Shown one piece after another: positions 12,701 through 21,917 of a stretch of DNA of 64,000 bases. The DNA is from Klebsormidium nitens (taxonomy: Eukaryota; Plantae; Klebsormidiophyceae): NCBI GenBank assembly GCA_000708835.1, contig DF237249.1, forward strand, positions 1 to 64,000, given 5' to 3'. Each line of letters begins with the position of its first letter. Position 1 is the first letter of the stretch. The translations under genes and the position numbers were made by a program. The notes beneath the pieces are model-generated. The model was not told the DNA's origin. It made no database searches and worked only from the letters and a program-made list of their open reading frames with translations.

Positions 12701-15006
12701 CGTGCTCCTTAGGAATTGGGTGTACCGCATGCGCAGCATGCGAATTTAAAGAAACTTGTGACCCGTCTGCAGTTCGGAATTGCTGCATCTTCGTTTTCAG
12801 GCTTTGCTGGGTTAGTCAATAGTGGCACTCGTCAGCGTGTCACTTTCGGTCTCTTACATTGAGTTGACGGTCTGGGGATCATTTCAAGATTGCTCTGGCA
12901 GATTGGAGCAAGCTTCTTTCTGCAAATGCATCGCCTCGAGCTCCGACGCGCAGAGAATTCAGCGCTTGTCCAGGCATACGGTGTTCGAATCACACTTTCT
13001 GCACTCCTTCTGTTGGTCTCTCGGGCATCAGTTGGAACTCGATCACTGTATTCGGTTCGAGGGGACGCAAAATTGAAAGGCTCTCTCTGGAGGCTCTTAA
13101 CGAACGCATATCTACCGTTGCAGCTGCTCCTAGTGCGAAGAAGACGCCCGGAAAGGACAAGACGCCGGCCCCAGCCAAAACGCCCAAGGTGGGTGCTTTT
13201 CCCTTCTAAACATTTGCCTGCTGGATTGCTCGTCTCAGGGCGAGGGACGCCTTTGTTGCTTCCAACCATTATTCCATCGGTCGACTAGTTGAGCCGCTCA
13301 TTCGCGCTCTATGCATTATATCGGGGCTGATTTATGAAACCTGGCACAGGCCAGGTAGAACCCTCAGCTAAATGGAAGTCAATGAGCATATGCTCGATGC
13401 TTGAAGAGGTTCTTCGCGTGTCAAAGTCACGAAAGGTTCTGCTTGGTGCAATGCAAGAGCAATGCCAGAACTTCTGGACTTGTTCAAACCTATCCTAAAT
13501 CAAAAGTACTCGCTTCCAGGGATTAGGCTGCCCGTTCCATAGGCCATCGTTGCCAGTATATGCCGAGAGATACTTTGAAGAGAGAACTTCATCTTTTCCC
13601 CGATTCGAGCACCATGCTGGTTGGCTGTGAAAGGGAGTCCCTCTCGATGCGTCCTGTAGCAGGCTCTGCGATACCAGGCTTCGAAGCAGGAGAGACAGGA
13701 TCTGGCGGCATTTGCCGTGTTGCATCCAAGCGGGGAACGTAGTTCGTAGTTCCCCATACTTAGAATTCTAAGCTCCCTGTTCCGTTCCTTTGTAGACGCC
13801 AGCCGCCTCGGGCAGCCTAGGCAAGTACCAGTGTGAGCCGTGTAAGAAGTAAGTCGTTCTTTCCCGCTCTTCGTTTCAGTCTGCGCTTTACGCTCGCCGG
13901 GGGGGAGCGGCGCGGGCCCGGGGAAGGGGCCGTCGGGGGCGGGGGAGGGAAGAGGGGGAGGGGGTCTGGGCGAGGGGGGCGCCAAAGCGGTGCTCAGAGG
14001 TTCAAATGTGCGTTTGTCGAGTCCAAGCTTTCCGCTTTGCCTTCTCCTTGTTTCGAGTGGAAGACGTCGGTCGTTACAGAGTCGCGACTCTGCATTCACG
14101 AAAGCCTTTCTATGAATCATATTCGGCTGCTTGTGGTGTTCTTCTCGTGGAAGAGCACCCGTCGCTCGTCGCCTTTAACTTCGACAGCTGAGCGCTATAG
14201 AGATTGTCGCCAACTGTTGTTGAGGAAAGTGTGTTCGCCTTCGAGCTTGTCAGGTTGTGTCCTGCGAAATGCATCATCAGTCAATGCATCATCAGTCAAG
14301 TCGAGTCCGTCTGAATCTGGAGTTTCTCATACGTCTGGTGCTGGTCTGCTCAAGTGACACTGCTTGCGGGTCCTTGTTTTGGCGTGTTGATTTCTGGTCG
14401 GTGCATGTTCTGCTCGGGATGCAATGATTACACACATAATCTCGTTAACCTGAAGGGGCTTGCCCCCTCATGGAGACAAGCAATATCCAATTTTTATGAG
14501 CATCCACAGAGCCTTGCATGCACCGTTGAACCCTCACCTAGAGGGAGGCTTGTTTCAGAGCGATTTTGTCAAGATGCTAATGATTGCGCACTTGTAGTGG
14601 TCCTTCAAGGTCTGATTGAGGGTGTCCGGGCGGTTCTTGGTTGTTTGTCATTTGGTCAGTCTGCTGCATGCAAGGGGTGGTATCTTTGCCAGAAGTCCGG
14701 CAACCCCCTGCTTGTTTATACTCGCTTTGCAACTAAAGTAGCTTCTTCAATTCGACCTTTCAAGAGTTTCCAATCACGTTGTTTGCTTCTGGTAGAGCTT
14801 TGAAGGCATTAGAGGTTTCGCCAAGTCCTGCATCTTGGGAGTACTTTTTGAGAGCTCAAGTCGTTTCGTGGAAAAATGTCAAATCCTCGAATATCCGTTC
14901 TTGATTGCTGTTTGGGCAGCGCTGATGACAATGTAGCGTCCATTGTTGCAGGAACTTCACGACAGAAACGGCTCTGAGCCAACACAACAGTGCAAAACAT
15001 AAATAA
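6769..15006 (+). CDS. HDT: HD2/HDT-type protein (plant-specific histone deacetylase / nucleoplasmin-like histone chaperone) with acidic tracts and a C-terminal C2H2 zinc finger
   Basis: N-terminal MEFW|GLEV (exons 6769-6781, 7749-7822). NPL domain AALGTNPKDGERVVLQ...FVLGTL...FTLEHTGSTSVFVTGY (8786-9062). Several D/E-rich exons, then K/P/T-rich exons. Split finger YQCEPCK (13796-13848) plus KNFTTETALSQHNSAKHK* (14952-15006). Confidence 0.92.
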
Positions 15007-16590
15007 AGTAGTGCGAGAAGCTGGTATTCGAGAAGGGCCTTTGCCCAAGCAAGAGCTGTTTGTGTCTCCTTGCATGCTTCATAAAATGCTGGCGGAGGCT
15101 TTGCATTGAGGGGCGACGGAAAAGGACATACAGGTTTTCAGCTAGCCGGCTTTTGGTGTGTCTCAGCAGATGAGTCATAGGTCGTGTCCCTACTGATGGT
15201 GCTTGTGGGTGTTCATAAATTGGCACGGATCAAAATAATTGTTTGCTTGTAGGCTCAAGCCCAATACAAAGAACATGACACGCAGTTTTTTCATACACCC
15301 CAGATTCTGTGAGGGAAGACCGAGAGTAAGCAGTATCAATTGTCCTCGATAAGGTCGTATACTTTTCGAATAATGGATGAGGTGTTCCTTTGTTCCTCTT
15401 GACTGTTGCGAGCCAGCCGTAGGCCGCACATGCATGAAAACTTAAGATTGCAATCAATCTCGTCCACGGCTTTCACGAGTTGCTAGCACGTAGTGCATGG
15501 CGTTGCTTGCAAGTGCATTGAATGGCTGGTCGGGCAAGTTTAGTTTTGTCCCTATGTGGCATTATCAACACTAAGACTTGCAGTCAGGCGGCCTGGCATA
15601 CATGTATGGTAGATGAGAGTCCATGGCGGACATGATAGATCGTTGATTGAAGCTAGCTTCATGCAATCGATCACATTTTGGCACGAATCGCCTAATAGCT
15701 ATATGCGCCATGGTACTAAGCCAGTCGCCGGCCGTCCAATTGGTGATTTCTATTACATTTCCCCTCCGGTTAGTCGGATGCAACTTAGCGATTATAAGTA
15801 GCACTATAGACAGACATATATGTATGTTGATCCGGCCACGCGGGCTGCATGCAATCTTGCGGTTTCGATGTGCATATACGACACATGCAAATCGACACAT
15901 GCCACATCCCTGCACCAAACGTCTTGCAAGGTTCTGATTGAAGCTAGGCCGAGGCATTAATCGTGTCAAAATCCATGTGCAAGCTAGGGCCTGATGGTCC
16001 GGAATTACCCTTTCCAATCGCTCGAGACGCCCTGTATTCGCACCTAGCGCGCATATGGCAGTTGAGTTTGCGTTGTCTTCGGGCATGTCAATCAGGACAC
16101 CCTGTGAATTAAATTGGCCTGAAAGAACTGACGGGGGCCGTGCGGGGCCTGGTGGAATGAAGAGTCAACTCATTGTAGTGACCCCGGTCACAACTGGCAA
16201 GCAGGTTGCCCGGAAACAAATTAATGCGGCTCGGATCGTTAGACACCGCTAGTGACCATTCTTTTGAATCACCACTAGTGACCATTCAATGATTCTTTTG
16301 AAACACCACATGCTCAATTGATTTAGGCGCATACACAGTTGTGTATGTTGACATTAAGAGGAACTAATGGATCTTGAGAGCCCAGACCTTGTAACTTCCA
16401 AAACGTTGTTAAACTGGGGCACTAAGTTATTGATACTCCGCTCAAAATAGCATGCTACATACGGGTCATCTGGTCCAAACGGCCACGCCCCTATTGTGTT
16501 CCACTAAAAGTCGAGATGACAATGATGTACAATAAGATTAAGCAACAGGGCCAAACCCCACAGCGTACAAGAGATGGTTATGTTTGCAGG

Positions 16591-18354
16591 TTAAAAAGAT
16601 TCAACGGAGACTGACACTTGACAGGGGGTTCCCGGTCTGTGATGGCAAAGCTCAAATCTCCCCCGCGAGTGTAGCCATCTTGATGACCACACAATACCAC
16701 ACGATAACCTATTTAATTCCAGCTTTGAAAACCGATTCACCCTCCCAGGCCCCTCCATCGCTTCCCTTCCTGAGATGGCCAAGGTATGCAGGGAAACATC
16801 TGAGCTCAATCTGTCCAGTTGGTCCGTAATTGACGGAGGCGCTAGATCTATCAGACTTCCCACCAACACTTGGTGTTCCAACACTTGAAAACAAGCTTCC
16901 ACATTGTCTACTTTTACCCCCCTTTCCACTATGCTGCCAAAGATTGCCGTACTCTCAGAAGCTGCTGCCGGCACTTGCATGTGCGCGATTTTTAACAACC
17001 TCCGGTGGAAATAGTCTGCTGCGGATTGAAGGCCATGTTCGTATGCAAAGATATTTGGCAGCATAGAGAGGCTCCGATCTTGCCAGCCTTTGGGTAATGT
17101 CATTGTCCCAGAAGATATGCAGTATAAAAACCAAAATACTAAACCAAATAACGAAAAACCGAAGATCGGTATCGCAATCAATCCAAGGGCCGCACCGCAA
17201 GTGATGAGGACAAAGCCTGAAAACCCTCCAACATCTTGCGCAGCGGTAAGTGCAAGTGCCCCCGGAAGAACCCCTAGCACCAAAAAAAGGCCCATCAAAT
17301 ATTCCCTCGCGCCGTACAAGGTATCCACAATATCTCTGTTGCATCTCAGGATATCAACCAACGATGTTGGAATGTAACCCTGGTCTACCAGATTGTTGGC
17401 CAACAGGATCGAGAAAACGGCTCTCAATTCCTTGGGCGCCTTTGCTAGGAACTCTCTGCTATCCGATGGAACTTCAACAGCCTGCTCTGCAGATGCTACC
17501 GTAGATCTTTTTGCTAGAACCAGCTTCTTTGCGCGTTTGATGCCCCATATCTCGACAATGCTAAGGAGGGCTCCAGCTCCTTCTAGAAAACAGATCCACA
17601 CAAGGAAGGCATAGATAGGCACCCTCCCATAGTGCCCCTCAGTCCCAGAGATATACCAGGTCGCCACAGCTGTGATCAGGATACCAGCCGATTTGAAGGC
17701 TTGCCAGCCAAACCCTGCCCAAGTTTTCGCAGTCAGCCAGCGTGCAACCCCCCTTTGTGAAAGCAGTGTCACTACGCTGATGACCATGAGGCCCTGAACC
17801 TGGGTATGAGAGTAAGCATTGGCGAAACCCACCAGGGCCAACTGCAACTCGATGTTCAAGCCGAGCATGACCATGAAGAACGAGTGGAAATTCAGAAAGT
17901 GATCTGGTCGCCACTCGCCACCACGTCGGACGAAGCCCCCAACAGAAAGCGTATGCAGGATGACCATCGAAAGGCCGACAGTCAACGTCGAAATGTCCAG
18001 CAACACAACCACAAGTACTAAAACTTCTGTCTTCCTGCTCAGCTGGTTCCGCAGGACTTGCACTAAGCCCGCCGCTGGAGCCTGGGCAGATGCCATGATG
18101 GCCGCCACAAACTTACAAACCTCAGCTGAAAGGCTTGCAGGGATGCCTCCTTCCTGGCCGGGGAAGGGGGTTCCCCTCGCGGACAACATTTGACGTGGTC
18201 TCTTTTCGAAGTTGTCGCCGTAGCCATAGGGTCCGCCATTGGCATACCGGGTACTAATACCTAGGCTTATATGAATACTTGCATGATTACTTACGGCAAT
18301 ACCGTACCGTATGTGGTCACCGTCGTGGTATGTACAGTTGACTGGGACTTCAGT
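16591..18354 (-). CDS. Orphan multi-pass membrane protein ORF whose 5' part is interrupted by a hAT MITE; possibly a pseudogene
   Basis: About 590 uninterrupted codons with many hydrophobic segments (e.g. VLVLVVVLLDISTLTVGLSMVIL, LIAIPIFGFSLFGLVFWFLYCI). The ORF-track start (TTG at 18366) lies inside the MITE terminal repeat. No family recognised. Confidence 0.65.
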   Translation of the reverse strand, partial: TEVPVNCTYHDGDHIRYGIAVSNHASIHISLGISTRYANGGPYGYGDNFEKRPRQMLSARGTPFPGQEGGIPASLSAEVCKFVAAIMASAQAPAAGLVQVLRNQLSRKTEVLVLVVVLLDISTLTVGLSMVILHTLSVGGFVRRGGEWRPDHFLNFHSFFMVMLGLNIELQLALVGFANAYSHTQVQGLMVISVVTLLSQRGVARWLTAKTWAGFGWQAFKSAGILITAVATWYISGTEGHYGRVPIYAFLVWICFLEGAGALLSIVEIWGIKRAKKLVLAKRSTVASAEQAVEVPSDSREFLAKAPKELRAVFSILLANNLVDQGYIPTSLVDILRCNRDIVDTLYGAREYLMGLFLVLGVLPGALALTAAQDVGGFSGFVLITCGAALGLIAIPIFGFSLFGLVFWFLYCISSGTMTLPKGWQDRSLSMLPNIFAYEHGLQSAADYFHRRLLKIAHMQVPAAASESTAIFGSIVERGVKVDNVEACFQVLEHQVLVGSLIDLAPPSITDQLDRLSSDVSLHTLAISGREAMEGPGRVNRFSKLELNRLSCGIVWSSRWLHSRGRFELCHHRPGTPCQVSVSVESF

Positions 18355-18727
18355 CAGGGGGACCAAACGCCACTCAAAGTCCGTGAACCGTGTTCCGCAC
18401 CGTCAGATGAGAAATTCTTTGACTTTGACGGTCAAGATTGGTTCATTTTGATGTCCCGAGGCAGCTGCGGTCCTCGGTTGGTCTCAGGAGAGGGTTAAGA
18501 AGATTGTTAGAAGAAGGTTAATGGGTTTTTGCCTGTGATACCCACCTAAACCAGCCCTCTACATCTCCTGAACGGCGTTTTGCCCGGACACGAAACCTCG
18601 GGGTTTCGAAGGTGACCCTGTGGAGGTTCAATCCCACCAGCTTTCGGTTCCGGGCAAATAAGCCGTTTGGCTGCTGGAACACTGTTCATGTTGCTAACCT
18701 ATTTACCCGGGGCGTTTGGTCCCCCTG
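18355..18727. mobile_element. Non-autonomous hAT-superfamily element (MITE), 373 bp
   Basis: Perfect 17-bp TIRs CAGGGGGACCAAACGCC (18355-18371) and GGCGTTTGGTCCCCCTG (18711-18727). Exact 8-bp TSD ACTTCAGT at 18347-18354 and 18728-18735. An 8-bp TSD with a CAGGG start is characteristic of hAT elements. Confidence 0.9.
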
Positions 18728-20566
18728 ACTTCAGTCTCCGACAGAGTAGGTAGGTACTCTGTGAAGTCATGTGAGGCTCACAGCCAAGATATACAGGGGA
18801 AAAGAAGAGAGAAAAGAGTTAAAAAATCGGAGAAAAAAGAGAAGAGAAGAGAGAATATATGACCAGATTTATAAGGAAGTTTTATGGTTATCAAATGGCA
18901 GTGCTTCGCACACGGGCATTTGAAAATCGATTTTCATATCCAATTTACGACATCCCCAGCCTGCCATCGATCATCTGCATCGGACGGTCCCAACATTTCT
19001 TGATTTCGATGACGCGGTTTTCGCGTCACTATTCGTACACTTATATTTGGCCGGCCTCCCTCTTGATCGACACGCGGCAAAAGTAAGTACTAAGGCCGTC
19101 GACATTTGACAAGGGGCATTCTGAGTGGGACCAATAATCACGTATCGGTACGATCTTGTAACTCTACTGTGCCCTACGGTATATAACCGCAGTGTGCCTT
19201 GAAATAGGCGCCCGGGGGACGGGCGAGGACCGCGAGGTTGGCTTGGTGGTTAGGGCAGGTTGGGGTGCGGAGCGCGTAGGTTTCTTGGTTATTGGGTTTT
19301 CAATTGAGGTGCCCGGGGCTTATGTACCGGTATCTTAAAACAATTTCCTCTACCAAATGTTTTACAATCAGTACGCATTTGACTCATCCGGTATTACCGG
19401 TTAGGCCTTAGCGAGGCTCCGCGTTCGGAGATGGCTTCATCACGGTCAGCAGAAAGATGATTAGGTACCTCAGGCTGACAGACAGGCTAGCTACGACTCC
19501 GACTCCGACTCCGGGGGCCCGGAGGCCCGGCACGGCCAAGCCTCGCCAGGCCCGGCACGCGGGTGGGGTCAAACTTCCTCGACCGCTCGTGCGGCGAATT
19601 AGATTTGATTGACACTGGACCGTACGGAACAATCCAGGACTCCCATGTCACCGTGCGATGACAGCGGTAATGCTTGTAGAGCAGCCTAAAAAACTTACTG
19701 CAAACGTAGTGTAAAACCATTACCAAGGGCGGGTTGGGTTACTATCAGGGCTAACCTCAATTGCTGTCACGCAAAATCCCGAGAAAAATGGGCTAGGAAC
19801 TGAAATTTGACAAGCCTACCCCACCAATGCACTCAAAATGGACAAATATGCAGAATTTGCCTTGACAGTCTTGTTTCTCTTTCTTTGCTGATGCGTTTTC
19901 AGCTATCGTATGCCCTCATTGGCCCAAATACGAGAGAGATTTTTAGAGATGAATGGAACCCAGCACAGCGCTGAGCGCTGCAGACAGTCAACAGCTTGTT
20001 CAAGAGGTATTATAGAAGGGGTAATGTGACAAATAGGGCTTTGCGCATTTGCATGGCCACTAATAGCTAAGTCCAATCAAGTAGAATTGCAAAGATTATA
20101 ATGCTAAACCATAAACTATTGAGAAGTAGCCATAAAAGTCTACACATGACCGTAAACTGCGTGCTTCAGCAATGGACTTGTGCCGTTTTGCCATGTAACG
20201 GTAAGGTTATATACATGTTTAACTAAGGTGCGCAACTTGCTTGAAGCTCAAATGAGTTTCAAAATATTGCAACTATGGCCTCTTTTTGTTCTAGCTCATT
20301 TTTGCGTTGTAGCTCTCTGCGCAATTCTCTGTGCATGCATATCTCATGCACAGTGGTTTGGGAGAGCATGCAGCCTGGCCACTGATCAAGCTACTGAAGC
20401 CAAGGTAAGTACACGGGTAGTACGATCCTACCTGTGCGATCAGAAGTTTCGAAGTTAGAACTCTGAGCAGTCACTAAATTCTACCGAATACGGCACCAGG
20501 AGTGTACCTTCGCCTACCCGGGACTGAGAGCGCCGCGCGACCTACTTGATTTTGCGTAGGGCGGTA

Positions 20567-21281
20567 GCACGGTTAGATCGCCCATTTACGAACCGAGCGC
20601 GTTTGTCGAAAGTTCTCGGATTTACGTGTTTGATAGTGCATTATAATTAGTACTAATTATTCTGCCCGGACCGAGTTCGAAATTTTGCCGCCTAGCGGCC
20701 GCGCGACGCGGCCGCAGTTTTCAGAATTCACACGTGCGAATGTTGCGTGGCTCGGCGCACGGTCACTTTGACATTTTCTGCCCGGTTTTGGGGGCCGTGC
20801 ATGTCAACCCGACCCCAGGCTACAGCCTGAAACACTCACATTGATGAAAAAAATAGTGCCCGGTTATAGTGCAAATGGCCCTACGGTTAGGTCAAAACGG
20901 AATATCCGGATGCCGACCGGAGGTGACGTCAGTGTCAGATCCGCCCGTGCAGTGTGTCAGTCGACGCAGAATCTTCCAGGCTTTCCAACGAATCCGAAAG
21001 CGCCCGAATCTGACAAAATCTCATAAAGTTCAATGATTGCAAAACTGGGGGGGGTGGCCGGATGGACGGTCGGGTCACCGAGCGCGACAATTCGGCCGCC
21101 GGTTGCTGACGTCATGTGCCGAGCGGCGCGACCCTCGAGGTCGGTAGTTCGAATCACGAAAGTGCCATAGGAACTTTGAATCACTACTTTTGGACCAAAT
21201 GCCACAAAGTTATCGCCCTTTGAAGATTAGATTCCCTGTTTTTTCCAGCATGGACGCTGAAAATGGGCGATCTAACCGTGC
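20567..21281. mobile_element. Non-autonomous TIR element with TA target duplication (Tc1/mariner-like MITE), 715 bp
   Basis: Perfect 21-bp TIRs gcacggttagatcgcccattt (20567-20587) and aaatgggcgatctaaccgtgc (21261-21281), each flanked by TA. The reconstructed empty site cggTAccg is palindromic. No transposase ORF inside. Confidence 0.8.
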
Positions 21282-21424
21282 TACCGGTATAAACCTTCGG
21301 CTGGTCAACGTTTCCGTCGATGTCAGCCGCGTGTTACAATCGAACGGTGAATCGAGTGGAGACCGCAATTCGGCCTGAACCTCCGGTCTTCGCGGAAACA
21401 AGTTAGCTCCAATTTTCTCCACTC

Positions 21425-21660
21425 AGCTGCCTAGCCTAGCTACGAGTGAGCTACGAGCTTGGCCCTCGCTTGGCCTCGGAAATGGTCTTCTTGACGATGG
21501 TGCGTAGTGTACCTAGTACCTACTGCACTACGGTACCAAGGTTCCAAGGTACTAGGTACCTACCTATCATCACGCATGCACAACCTACCAACCTACCTGA
21601 GTATGTACGCGCTAGCATCACTCATCACTCTGACTACTACTACTGGTTAAATGGACTGGC
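21425..21660. repeat. Cluster of short tandem micro-duplications
   Basis: cctagcctag, gagctacgag x2, gtacctagtacct, ccaagg x2, caacctac x2, catcact x2 and (cta)n lie within about 240 bp. Confidence 0.7.
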
Positions 21661-21878
21661 ATGCCTATGGCATCCAAGTCGCACTCCCCGTTTGAGCCGC
21701 CATCACGTGGGCCGAGTTCCTGTCGCCTGCACTTGCTGCATCTGATGCTTTCTCCCTGATGATGCACTGGGCATTGAAGTTATACTCAAGTCATGCAATT
21801 TCCTGCACTGGCATGTGACGTACGCCAGCGCAGTTCCGTTGCATTCTGCGGCCGCCTGCGTGGCGCGCCGCGGGCCGG

Positions 21879-21917
21879 GGGACCGTCGCGACGGTCCCAT
21901 TGCGGTAGGGAGCCTAA
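21879..21917 (+). mobile_element. Possible Helitron 3' terminus
   Basis: Perfect 20-bp GC-rich palindrome gggaccgtcgcgacggtccc (21879-21898), then CTAA at 21914-21917 followed by T. This matches the hairpin + CTRR|T signature. The 5' end was not located. Confidence 0.4.

Noticed and set aside
14957-15457. In-frame minus-strand ORF pair resembling a pseudogene
   Set aside because: It overlaps the true last exon and 3' UTR of HDT on the plus strand.
18544-18552. CCTAAACC as a possible telomerase RNA template
   Set aside because: An 8-mer is expected by chance, it lies inside a MITE, and no Pol III USE/TATA promoter was seen.
18581-18656. tRNA-Sec-like appearance (GCCCGGA start, GGTTCAATCC)
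   Set aside because: No D-arm or anticodon arm geometry, and the T-loop-like motif is not adjacent to the acceptor stem. Kept only as a structure finding.
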